Assembly: GCA_039621445.1 (NCBI GenBank)
Contig: CP154954.1
Coordinates: forward strand, 39,083,816 to 39,147,815
DNA length: 64,000 nucleotides
Direction: 5' to 3'
Origin: Euglena gracilis
Lineage: Eukaryota
A program made the position numbers and the translations under genes. Shown here in pieces: positions 13,042 through 24,900 of this stretch (within the stretch, counting starts at the first letter, position 1; every line of letters starts with the position of its first letter). Below the pieces are notes generated by a model. That model saw nothing but the letters and a program-made list of their open reading frames with translations. It did not search any database and was not told the origin of the DNA.

Positions 13042-14507
13042 CGATGCTGCTCCGACTTGGCGACGTGACTTCTTGCCCCTGGGGGGGGTCCCCCCCCTCT
13101 CCCCCCCCTGGCCCCCACTCTCTGACCGAGGGCTTTTGAAGACAAATTTTCTTTTACGGGTGGGGGGGTCGGGCTCACAAGGTCTTTGTGCTTCGCCCTC
13201 GGTGTCCCTTCCTCCCTGGTCGGTTTTCCTCGAGGGAGTACGAGACACCTCGGGCTCCGCACTTTGCCCTTGTGAGGCCAGATTGTGCACTGAAATTAGG
13301 GGGGCCAGGGCATTTTCCAGGGCACCTTGGGCACCCAGTCGTTGATAGTGGGCTGTAAAAGCCTCCACCCCCCTCCACTGGCCAATTTCACACAAACTTC
13401 TTGGGCAGAAAGGCCCAATTTTTTCAGTAAACCAACTCCTGCCCCTCTGGTGGAGTGGGCCCCCCACACCTGGGGAGTCACCCCATGTTTGGCCAAAAAA
13501 TCTTGTGTGATAGAAGCAACAGTGTCTGCACTTATGGCTCTGAAGGGAGGTTTTAATGAAATTAGGAGGGGGCCCCCAGGTCTGACGAATGAACGTGTGG
13601 CAGCCACATAGCACATCATTAAATGAAATGGGCTTATTTGGGGACACTGGGGTATGGACACAACCCTCTCCCACTTATGAAATTTTTGCCCTTTACGCTT
13701 AATTTTGATGTAGGGTGCCCTACCCAACACACTGGTGGTTCGTTTGACTTGTGCCAAGTCAGAGGATCGATATAAACAGAGAATTCGTGAGCAAAAAATC
13801 AGCTGGGTACGCAATGTACAAATATCAGTGGGCATAGGGGTCTTGGCCAGCCCCAGGAGGATTGGGAGGGGATCCCAAAATGCCCCACACTTCTCCAGAT
13901 TTTGGTTCCAAAGCCTCTTGTAGGGGGTTAACAGGGTGTGGAATCTCAGTCCACCAAACCCAGGAATCAAAAGCATTGCACTGTATGCATTACGGGCTTG
14001 GGCCTTTGAAAATTGGAATAATTGTATTAAAGCGTCAGCCACTTGGTCAGTGGTGGCTTCAGGGGGGGGCACCCCCATGTGTTCCAAAATTACCAACAGA
14101 AGTGCAAAAGCACTCTGATAACGTTTTAAACTGGGGTTTCTCCCCAGGAAATCTTCAATGGTTTTAACCTGAATTTGTTTCCCCTCCAAAATTTGCCTGA
14201 GCAAATCATGCAAAGTAGGGGCCACCTGGGGGGTGGCATTTGTTCCCCCCTGCAATTGGTGAACATACCCCTGTAGGGGGTGATTTTCAGGCAGGGGGTC
14301 CCTGGCACTTTCATTTTTATTAATTGGGGCCACCATGTGGCTGAATCCCAGTAGGGGGTGACCATCAAAACTTTGGTCTGGGGAAACATTTTCAACCTGG
14401 GCAGAAATTTTTGGATTATTGACCAGGGGGGGTTTGCATAAAGATCCCCCATGTTGTCCAGTGGACATTGTAGTGCATTTACTGCTGTGGCCTCCCAATG
14501 GGGCCAC
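13000..14507 (-). CDS. Tyrosine recombinase domain of DIRS A (frameshift near 13392 in this copy; frame continues upstream over pol)
   Basis: Catalytic pattern YRSSDL...KRK...HSTRG...GQW...FTAHY (R-K-HxxR-W-Y). Intact in the duplicate copy. Confidence 0.92.
13174..13280. other. Internal complementary region (ICR) of DIRS A
   Basis: 13174-13246 is the reverse complement of the 3' terminus (12877-12949). 13243-13280 is the reverse complement of the 5' terminus (17400-17437). The halves join at AGAC (=GTCT). Confidence 0.95.
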
Positions 14508-17154
14508 CTGGCCACAAAATTGGGGCAGTTTTTTGTTGCCTGGGGGGGCAAATAAATATGTTTTCCAGATTTATGAAATCTTTGGAATTGCTGTCTTAAC
14601 CATTGAAAAAGTTGGGGGTCTAAAGAATAATCCCCCCTGTCCATTTCCCATCTGCTTATGGGGTCTGCTAGGCATTCCTTTGAAGGCACCCAGTTGACTT
14701 GGAGGTTTACTTGGTGCTCCATGCACCATTTGAAAAATGGTCTTAGCATTTTGTTGAAGGGGTCTTTTCTGCCCCCACCTTTTGTTAGGTAATAGTAGAT
14801 TACCTGGTTGTCCACAGACAAAGAAACTGTTTCTCGGTTTGCTCAAACTTTTCACAGTGTTTATTGCTGCACTGAGCTCCTTTACATTGATGTGTAAAAT
14901 GGAGTCTTTTCTCCAAAATTCCTGCACAATTTCTCCTGTGTGGATGTCCAGCCCCCCCCAGGCATGGGTGCTGCTGTCTGAGTGCAACTCTCTGGTTGCA
15001 TTTTGGGGGAAGGGTCTGCCCCCCCAGGTGTCCAATAGAGTTTTTATTTCCCTTAATTGGGCCTTGATTTCCTGGGAAATGGGGTGTTTTGAGTCCCAGG
15101 GGGCTGTGGACTTTGCCACCAAAAAATTTGCCAGGGTGTCTGTAAAAGCCCTTAAAAAGGGCAGGGCCATTAGATTGCATCTTATTTGACCCAAAATGGC
15201 AGCCAACTGCCTTTTTGACATGTAATCTTTTTTCACGATTTTTCCCAGCTCCTTTTTTATAGTTTTGACTTTCTGGGGGGGCACTTGTAACTTTCCTTCC
15301 TGGAAGTTCAGTTGAAAACCCAGGTGGGTTACCACTTGGGTGGGCTGCAGGGTAGACTTTTTCACATTGATTTTGAACCCAGAATCCAGCAAATCTTTGA
15401 CAACTCTGTTCAGGTGACTTTGCAAAATGTTTTGGGTGGGAGCCACCAGTAAAATGTCGTCCAGGTAAATAAAGACCTGGATGCCCCTTTTTCTCCACAG
15501 TTTTTCGAATGTCTTCATTACTGACATGAAAATTTGGGGCATTACATTTAGCCCAAAGCAGCCTGTTTGAAATTCCCAGGTCTGCCCCCCTACCTGATGC
15601 CTTAAAAATGGCCTTAGGCCAGGACTTAGTGGAATGTGGAAATAGGCATCCTTCAGGTCTATTTTTGCTGCCCAGTGGCCTTTTTCCAAAACTGGGAAAA
15701 TGTGCTGGATATGATCCAGCTTGAAAGGTTTTACTTGAAACTGCTGATTTATTTCTCTGCAGTCGCTGATCATTCTCCATTTTGTTGTTCCCCCCTCTGG
15801 TTTCGAAATTAGAAACCATGGGATTAAATGCTGGGATTCTGAATCCCAAACTCGTTTCACTGCCCCAGTTTTTTCGTAATCCAGCAGAATTTTTTCTGCC
15901 TGGTTCAGGTCCAGATTGGCCCTGGGTTTTGGGTGTGTGGACAATTTTGGGGGATTTACCCAGGGGGGTTGAATTCCATTTTTGATTAATTGACATGTTG
16001 CTGGGGGGGCATTTTTGACCACCATTTTAGACTTTTCTGAAGTCTCTGGTACAGGGGGGTATCTCCCCATTTTTCCTCCATGGAATTTATTTCCTGAATC
16101 AGATGATTGTTTAGGGGCTGGGTGGGGGGTGTTGGACATTTCACAGCCCCTATAGCCCCTAGGGCTTGAGCCCTTGGAAAAAGCAAATGTTCCTGGGGGG
16201 GTGTGCATGCACTCTCCTCTCTTCTCACTCTCTCTCTGGAGCATCTTGTTGTTGGAATACATACCATAGGGCTTACTGCCCCTGTTTGGCCTATCTGGTC
16301 TGCTTGATGTTGATGGGGTTGGTAGCCATACCATAGGGGGGCCTCTGAGGGTCCCCCCCTTTTTGATTGAATAAATGCTGGTGGGGAGTCTCCCCCTTCC
16401 TGTTGCCAGCTGGCCCCTGGGGGGCAATCTTCCTCCTGGGGCTGGGCAGGGGGCTGCCCATTTAAGTACAAAGCCCTTGCAGGGCTGACCATTAGCTTCT
16501 GGGGGGCCTGTGAAGGACCCCCCTTGTGGCTTTGTTGTAATTTCTGATCTTCTTGTTGAATTTTCTGGCCCCAGTGGCCTTGATGATAAAGGCCCCAATG
16601 GCCTGATTCGGTTCTGGGTCGCCATGCCCATTTGAAATCTGGAGGGGTTCTTGGGGCCCCACCCTTGACCCCTGAGGGGTGATGTGAATGAGAAAGGGTG
16701 GGGGGTGTGTTTGACCTTTTCTGCCCCTGCCATGTCCTGTGGGGCCCTGGTGCTGGTGGCCACCTTGGCCTTTGTTCCAGCGACTTTTGATGCTGTAGAT
16801 GCCGTCATGGCTGGTTGTGCCGTCATGGCCTGTGCGGTTTTGGCTGCCATAGCCCCGCATGAATGTATTGTGTGTTTTGAACCGATGGCCTCCATGGCCC
16901 TGGTTCCAATGGCCGTAGAGGCCAGCTGGTTGTTGTCTCTGCCCCTTGCGGGGTCTTCTGACCACTGTCTGCCAGGGTCCGTGGCCATCACTTTGGGGGG
17001 TTTGGGTGTTGGAAATTTCTGTGGGGAAAATTTCTTTTGGGGAAGGGGCAGCCACGGTTCGCCACAGTCGACCCGCGTCGTCAGGTTGTCCAGCTGCTGC
17101 TGCTGCCGCTTGAAGTTCTCCAGCGCTGTGCTTCTTTGAAGTTGCATTTCTCAT
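14126..17154 (-). CDS. pol: DIRS pol: reverse transcriptase + RNase H + Dam-like N6-adenine methyltransferase (homopolymer frameshifts)
   Basis: RT motifs IDLKDAYFHIP, FGLNVMPQIF, YLDDIL. RNase H motifs SDSSTHAWGG, HINVKEL, VDNQ, LADPISR. MT motif YANPPW. Spread over ORFs 14571-17147, 15986-16492 and 14126-14821. Confidence 0.92.
16492..17147 (-). CDS. Putative ORF1 (gag position, ~218 aa, MQLQR...PPRS*), reconstructed across G-run 16700-16705
   Basis: Needs 7 G (copies show 6 and 8). The same frame connection ending PRS* is seen in the family D fragment (ORF 46638-46907). Its stop overlaps an ATG as TAATG (16494-16490). Confidence 0.5.
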
Positions 17155-17309
17155 TGAACTCTTTCGAAAAATTCAACAACTTTTGATTTGAGTTTCTGCA
17201 CGAGCGTGACTTTCTGGATAATTTGAATTGATTGATTGTCTTCTTCTTTTCTCAATTGCTGAGGTATTTGACGTTCCTTTCTTCTGGGTGTCGAAGGGCA
17301 AATTAGGAA

Positions 17310-17437
17310 TCAGCCAACTCCGGCGAAAAAAGGCACTAAGCAGGGACTCCTAACCCAACGCAGCAAACAATCCAAACAACACCGCCGGCGAGCAAGGCAT
17401 GGCCTCACAAGGGCAAAGTGCGGAGCCCGAGGTGTCT
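17310..17437. repeat. 5' inverted terminal repeat and terminus of DIRS A
   Basis: Complementary to 12941-13041 and to ICR 13243-13280. Confidence 0.93.
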
Positions 17438-17880
17438 GACATATAAACGTGTAGCAGCCTCATAGCACATCAGCAAATGAAATGGGCTTATTTGGGGACA
17501 CTGGGGAATGGACGCAACCCTTTCCCATTTATGGAAGTTCTGTTCCTTACGCTTAATCTTGATTTATGGTGCCCTACCCGACACACTGGTGGTTCGTTTG
17601 ACTTGCGATGAGTCCGAGGATCGGAATAAACAGAGGATTCTTGAGCAAAAAATAAGCTGTGTACGCAGAGTACAACTATCAGTGGGCATATGCGCCTTTG
17701 CCAGCCCCAGGAGGATTGGGAGGGGGTCCTAAAATGCACCATACGTCTCAAGGTTTTGGCTCCAAAGCCTCTTTTAAGGGGTCAATAGGGTGTGGAATTT
17801 CAGCCCACCAAATCCAGGAATCAAAAGCATAGCACTGTAGGCATTACGGGCTTGGGCCTTGGATAATTGAGAATTGAATT
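17438..17880 (-). mobile_element. Continuation of DIRS family B YR pseudogene after the family A insertion
   Basis: Joins 12876 seamlessly when compared with 45890-46345. Encodes SKAQARNAYSAMLLIPGFGGLKFH. Confidence 0.88.
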
Positions 17881-18379
17881 GACACCTCGGGCTCCGCACT
17901 TTGCCATTGTGAGGCCATGCCTTGCTCGCCGGCGGTTTGTTGTGTGATTGTTCGCTGCGCTGGGTTAGGAGGTCCCCCTCAGAGCCTTCTTTCGCCGGAG
18001 TTAGCTGATTCCTAACTTGCCCTTCGACACCCAGAAGAAAGGAACAGAGTTCACGAACGAAGAAGAACGGAGACAAGAAGTCAATATCAATTCAATATCC
18101 AGAAGAACACGAACCAGACGAATATCAATTGACAAGTCAATTGTCAAATTTCAATATCGACTTCGATGAGCAATACAGTGGAGAAGAAATTTGAATTATG
18201 TGGCCACTGGCGTCCTGGAGGAGTGGCCGCAGCAGCTGGAGACCTTGGAGATGCGGTCAGCACGTGGCAAACCGTGGCCGTTCTTCCCACCCAGCCCCAC
18301 ACCCCAGGAATTTCACAGCCCAAACCCCCCCCCCCCCAGTGACGGCCATGTGGCCTGGTGGGGCCAGATTTATCGTCAA
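17881..18379 (+). mobile_element. 5' fragment of DIRS family D in opposite orientation
   Basis: Starts with the DIRS 5' terminus GACACCTCGGGCTCCGCACTTTGCC and ITR. Matches the reverse complement of 44660-45119. Confidence 0.85.
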
Positions 18380-18390
18380 GTGGCTGACAC

Positions 18391-20808
18391 ATTTCATACT
18401 CCCTCGAGGAAAGGCGAAAAGGGAGGAAGGGACACCGAGGGCGAAGCACAAAGACATTGTCAGGCCATGCCTTGCTCGCCGGCGGTTTGTTGTGGTTGTT
18501 CGCTGCGCATGGGTGAGGAGGTCCCGCTTAGTGCCGCCTCGCCGGAGTTGGCTGCATTGTCTCCGACGTGGCGACCATGGCGCTGTCTTTTTCCCTGGGG
18601 GGTTCCCCCCCCCCTTAGCCCCCCCCTGGCCCCCATCCTCTGACCGAGGGCGTTTGAAGGCAAATCTTCTTAAACGGGTGGGGGGGTCGGGCTCACAATG
18701 TCTTTGTGGTTCGCCCTCGGTGTCCCTTCCTCCCTTCTCGGTCTGCCTCGAGGGAGTACGAAACACCTCGGGCTCCGCACTTTGCCCTTGTGAGGCCAGA
18801 TTGTGCACCGAAAAAAGGGGGGCCAGGGCATTCTCCAAAGAACCTTGGGCACCAAGTCTTTGATAATGGGCTGTGAAAGCCTCCACCCCCTTCCATTGAC
18901 CAATTTCACAAACTTCTTGGGCAGAAAGACCCAAGTTTTTTCAGCAGACCCACCCCTGCCCCTCTGGTGGAGTGGGGCCCCCAAACCTGGGGGGTACCCC
19001 CTGTTTGGTCAAAAAGTCTTTGGTGATAGAAGCAATGGTATCTGCCTTAATGGCTTTGTAGGGGGGTTTTAACGAAATCAACAGGGGGCCCCCAGGTTTC
19101 ATAAAGAAACGTGTTGCTGTCACATAAGACGTCATTAAATGGAAGGGACTGAACGGGGGGCACTGGGGAATGGAGACAACTCTCTCCCACTTATGGAGAT
19201 TTTGCCCTTTACGTTTAATTTTGATGTAGGGTGCCCCCCCCAACACACTGGTGGTTCTTTGGACCTGTGCCAAATCTGAACTTCTGTATAAACAGAGGAT
19301 TCGTGAACAGAAAATGAGTTTTGTACGCAATGTACATATATCAGAGGGCAGGGGGGACTGTGCCAGCCCCAGGAGGATCGGGAGGGGATCCCAGAATGCC
19401 CCATATTTCTCCGGGTTTTGGTTTCAAAGCCTTTTATAAGGTGCCAACATGGCATGGAACCTCAGGCCTCCAAAGCCAGGAATCAATAGCATAGCACTGT
19501 ATGCATTGCGTGCTTGGGCCTTTGAAAATTGAAACAGTTGAATTAAAGCGTCAACCACTTGGTCAGTGGTGGCATCAGGGGGGATACCCCCATCTTGTCC
19601 AAAATTACCCATAAAAGCGTAAAAGCGCTTTGATAACGCTTTAAACTGGGGTTTCTTCTGCCCAGGAAATCGTTAATGGTCGAATTTTGTACTTGTTTCC
19701 CCTCCAGAATTTGCCTGAGCAAATCATGCAAAGCAGGGGCCACCTGGGGGTGGCATTTTTTCCCCCCTGCAATTGGTGAACATACCCATGTAGGGGGTGA
19801 TTTTCAGGCAGGGGGTCCCTGGAACTTTCATTTTTTTAATTGGGGCCACCATGTGGCTGAATCCCAAAAGGGGGTGACCATCAAAACTTTGGCCCGTGGA
19901 AACATTTTTAATCTGGGGAGAAAATTTTGGAATACAGACCATGGGGGGTTTGCATAAAGATCCCCCATGTTGTCCAGTGGACATTGCAGTGCATCCACTG
20001 CTGTGGCTTCCCAGTGGGGCCACCTGGCCACAAATTGTGGCATTTTCTTGTTGCCTGGTGAGGCAAAAAGGTCTGTTTTCAGGCTGTTGTAATTTTTGAT
20101 CTGCTGCCTCAGCCATTGAAAAAGTTGGGGGTCCAGTGAGTAATCCCCCCTGTCCATTTCCCACCTGCTTATGGGGTCTGCCAGTCAGTATTTTGAGGGG
20201 ACCCACTTCACTTGCAGGTTTATTTTGTGTTCCATGCACCATTTGAAGAAGGGTCTTAGCATGGAATTGAAAGGGTCCTTTCTGCCCCCCCCTTTTGTTA
20301 AGTAATAGTAAATTACTTGATTGTCCACGGATAGGGACACAGTTTCCCCTGGCTGGCTGAGGCTTTGAACTGTGCTTATTGCTGCACTTCATTCTTTGAC
20401 ATTTATGTGCAAAATGGAGTTTTCCCTCCAAAATTCTTGCACAATTTCGCCTGTTCGAATGTCCAGCCCCCCCCCCCCCCAGGCATGGGTACTGCTGTGT
20501 GAGTGCAACTCCCTGGTTGCATTTTGGGGGAAGGGTCTGCCCGCCCAGGTGTCCAGCAGAATTTTTATTTCTCTTAATTGGTCCTTTATTCTTTGGGAAA
20601 TGGGGTGTTTTGAGTCCCAGGGGGCTGTGGAAATTTCCACCAAAAATATTGCCAGGGCATCCGCAGAGGCCCTTAGAAAGGGCAGGGCAATTAGATTGCA
20701 TCTGATTTGGCCCAAAATGGCAGCCAGTTGCCTTTTTGACATTTAATCTTTTTTCACCATTTTCCCAGCTCCTTTTTTACTGTTTTTATTTTTGGGGGGG
20801 CACCTGTA
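18391..20808 (-). mobile_element. 3' 2.4 kb of DIRS family C (RH-MT-YR pseudogene, ICR, 3' ITR)
   Basis: DLFAS/NPPW, YRSSDL and FTAHY motifs with frameshifts and stops (KD*MSKR, VKE*SAA). Confidence 0.9.
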
Positions 20809-21905
20809 ATTTCATACTCCCTCGAGGAAAGGCGAAAAGGGAGGAAGGGACACCGAGGGCGAAGCACAAAGACATTGTCAGGCCATGCCTTGCTCGCCGG
20901 CGGTTTGTTGTGTGATTGTGCGCTGCGCATGGGTGAGGAGGTCCCGCTTAGTGCCGCCTCGCCGGAGTTGGCTGCATTGTCTCCGACGTGGCGACCATGG
21001 CGCTGTCTTTTTCCCTGGGGGGTTCCCCCCCCCCCTTAGCCCCCCCCTGGCCCCCATCCTCTGACCGAGGGCGTTTGAAGACAAATTTTCTTAAACGGGT
21101 GGGGGGTTGGGCTCACAATGTCTTTGTGGTTCGCCCTCGGTGTCCCTTCCTCCCTTCTCGGTCTGCCTCGAGGGAGTACGAGACACCTCGGGCTCCGCAC
21201 TTTGCCCTTGTGAGGCCAGATTGTGCACCGAAAAAAGGGGGGCCAGGGCATTCTCCAAAGAACCTTGGGCACCAAGTCTTTGATAATGGGCTGTGAAAGC
21301 CTCCACCCCCTTCCATTGACCATTTTCACAAACTTCTTGGGCAGAAAGACCCAATTTTTTTTAGCAGACCCACCCTGCCCCTCTGGTGGAGTGGGGCCCC
21401 CAAACCTGGGGGGTACCCCCTGTTTGGTCAAAAAGTCTTTGGTGATAGAAGCAATGGTATCTGCCTTAATGGCTTTGTAGGGGGGTTTTAACGAAATCAA
21501 CAGGGGGCCCCCAGGTTTCATAAAGAAACGTGTTGCTGTCACATAAGACGTCATTAAATGGAAGGGACTGAACGGGGGGCACTGGGGAATGGAGACAACT
21601 CTCTCCCACTTATGGAGATTTTGCCCTTTACGTTTAATTTTGATGTAGGGTGCCCCCCCCCCCAACACACTGGTGGTTCTTTGGACCTGTGCCAAATCTG
21701 AACTTCTGTATAAACAAAGGATTCGTGAACAGAAAATGAGTTTTGTACGCAATGTACATATATCAGAGGGCAGGGGGGACTGTGCCAGCCCCAGGAGGAT
21801 TGGGAGGGGATCCCAGAATGCCCCATATTTCTCCGGGTTTTGGTTTCAAAGCCTTTTATAAGGTGCCAACATGGCATGGAACCTCAGGCCTCCAAAGCCA
21901 GGAAT
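20809..21905 (-). mobile_element. Second DIRS family C 3' end, cut at the junction with satellite
   Basis: Near-identical to 40329-41425. Ends abruptly at ...CCAGGAAT followed by TGGAG and satellite. Confidence 0.88.
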
Positions 21906-21909
21906 TGGA

Positions 21910-24900
21910 GTTGCCCAACTGTTCGAGGGCCCCAAAACAACAATATCCCTTGTGTTACCCATTCGTTTTGGGGGGGCAAATCCGTTTTGTTGCCCAACTG
22001 TTCGAGGGCCCCAAAACAACAGAATCCCTTGTGTTACCCACCCGTTTTGGGGGGGCAAATCCCTTTGGTTGCCGAACTGTTCGAGGGCCCCAAAATAACA
22101 AAATCCCTTGTGTTACACACCCGTTTTGTGGGACAAACCCCTTTGTTTGGCGAACGGTTCGAGGGCCCCAAAACAACAATATCCCTTGTGTAACCCATTC
22201 ATTTTGGGGGGGCAAATCCGTTTTGTTGCCCAACTGTTCGAGGGCCCCAAAACAACAATATCCCTTGTGTCACCCATTCATTTTGGGCGGGCAAATCCGT
22301 TTTGTTGCCCAACTGTTCGAGGGCCCCAAAACAACAGAATCCCTTGTGTTGCCCACCCGTTTTGTGGGACAAACGCCTTTGTTTGGCGAACGGTTCGAGG
22401 GCCCCAAAATAACAAAATCCCTTGTGTTACCCATTCATTTTGGGGGGGCAAATCCGTTTTGTTGCCCAACTGTTCGAGGGCCCCAAAACAACAATATCCC
22501 TTGTGTTACCCATTCGTTTTGGGGGGGCAAATCCGTTTTGTTGCCCAACTGTTCGAGGGCCCCAAAACAACAAAATCCCTTGTGTTACCCACCCGTTTTG
22601 GGGGGGGGCAAATCCCTTTTGTTGCCCAACTGTTCGAGGGCCCCAAAATAACAAAATCCCTTGTGTTACCCACCCGTTTTGGGGGGGCAAATCCCTCTGG
22701 TTGCCGAACTGTTCGAGGGCCCCAAAATGACAAAATCCCTTGTGTTACCCACCCGTTTTGGGGGGACAAATCCGTTTTGTTGCTCAACTGTTCGAGGGCC
22801 CCAAATCAACAAAGTCCCTTGTGTTACCCACCCGTTTTGGGGGGGCAAATCCCTTTGGTTGCCGAACTGTTCGAGGGCCCCAAAACAACCAAATCCCTTG
22901 TGTTACCCATTCGTTTTGGGGGGCAAATCCGTTTTGTTGCCCAACTGTTCGAAGGCCCCAAAACAACAAAATCCCTTGTGTTGCCCACCCGTTTTGGGGG
23001 GCAAATCCCTTTGGTTGCCGAACTGTTTGAGGGCCCCAAAACAACAAAATCCCTTGTGTTACCCGCCCGTTTTGGGGGGCAAATCCCTTTGGTTGCCCAA
23101 CTGTTCGAGGGCCCCAAAACAACAAAATCCCTTGTGTTACCCACCCGTTTTGGGGGGCAAACCCCTTTGGTTGGCGAACGGTTCGAGGGCCCCAAAACAA
23201 CAAAATCCCTTGTGTTACCCACCCGTTTTGGGGGGCAAATCCCTTTGGTTGGCGAACGATTTAAGGGCCCCAAAATAACAAAATCCCTTGTGTTACCCAC
23301 CCGTTTCGGGGGGCAAATCCCTTTGGTTGGCGAACGGTTCGAAGGCCCCCAAAATAACAAAATCCCTTGTGTTACCCACCCGTTTTGGGGGGCAAATCCC
23401 TTTGGTTGCCCAACTGTTCGAGGGCCCCAAAACAACAAAATCCCTTGTGTTACCCACCCGTTTTGGGGGGCAAACCCCTTTGGTTGGCGAACGGTTCGAG
23501 GGCCCCAAAACAACAAAATCCCTTGTGTTACCCACCCGTTTTGGGGGGCAAATCCGTTTTGTTGCCCAACTGTTCGAGGGCCCCAAAATAACAAAATCCC
23601 TTGTGTTACCCACCCGTTTTGGGGGGGCAAATCCCTTTGTTGCCCAACTGTTCGAGGGCCCCAAAACAACAAAATCCCTTGTGTTACCCACCCGTTTTGG
23701 GGGGCAAATCCGTTTTGTTGCCCAACTGTTCGAGGGCCCCAAAACAACAAAATCCCTTGTGTTACCCACCCGTTTTGGGGGGCAAATCCCTTTGGTTGCC
23801 CAACGGTTCGAGGGCCCCAAAACAACAAAATCCCTTGTGTTACCCACCCGTTTTGGGGGGGGCAAATCCGTTTTGTTGCCCAACTGTTCGAGGGCCCCAA
23901 AATAACAAAATCCCTTGTGTTACCCACCCGTTTTGGGGGGGCAAATCCCTTTTGTTGCCCAACTGTTCGAGGGCCCCAAAACAACAAAATCCCTTGTGTT
24001 ACCCATTCGTTTTGGGGGGCAAATCCGTTTTGTTGCCCAACTGTTTGAGGGCCCCAAAATAACAAAATCCCTTGTTTTACCCACCCGTTTTGGGGGGCAA
24101 ATCCCTTTTGCTGCCGAACTGTTCGAGGGCCCCAAAACAACAAAATCCCTTGTGTTACCCACCCGTTTTGGGGGGCAAATCCCTTTGGTTGCCGAACTGT
24201 TCGAGGGCCCAAAATAACAAAATCCCTTGTGTTACCCATTCGTTTTGGGGGGCAAATCCCTTGTGTTACCCACCCGTTTTGTGGGGCAAATCCGTTTTGT
24301 TGCCCAACTGTTCGAGGGCCCCAAAACAACAAAATCCCTTGTGTTACCCACCCGTTTTGGGGGGCAAATCCCTTTTGCTGCCGAACTGTTCGAGGGCCCC
24401 AAAACAACAAAATCCCTTGTGTTACCCATTCGTTTTGGGGGGCATATCCCTTGTGTTACCCACCCGTTTTGGGGGGCAAATCCCTTTGGTTGCCGAACTG
24501 TTCGAGGGCCACACAATAAAAAAATCCCTTGTGTTACCCATTCGTTTTGGGGGGCAAATCCGTTTTGTTGCCCAACTGTTCGAGGGCCCCAAAACAACAA
24601 AATCCTTTTGTGTTACCCACCCGTTTTGGGGGGGAAAATCCTTTTGGTTCCGAACTGTTCGAGGGCCCCAAAACAACAAAATCCCTTGTGTTACCCATTC
24701 GTTTTGGGGGGCATATCCCTTGTGTTACCCACCCGTTTTGGGGGGCAAATCCCTTTGGTTGCCGAACTGTTCGAGGGCCCCAAAATAACAAAATCCCTTG
24801 TGTTACCCACCCGTTTGGGGGGGCAAATCCCTTTGGTTGCCGAACTGTTCGAGGGCCCCAAAACAACAAAATCCCTTGTGTTACCCATTCGTTTTGGGGG

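Larger units (their letters stand above)
12877..17437 (-). mobile_element. Full-length DIRS1-type tyrosine-recombinase retrotransposon, family A (4.56 kb)
   Basis: RT-RH-MT plus YR coding, ITRs, and an ICR matching both termini. GTCT core at both ends (12877-12880, 17434-17437). Confidence 0.96.

Noticed and set aside
12877..17437. Prokaryotic prophage, retron or restriction-modification locus (YR + RT + Dam)
   Set aside because: Domain order RT-RH-MT with overlapping YR, ITRs and ICR is the DIRS1 retrotransposon layout. The neighbours are eukaryotic TEs.
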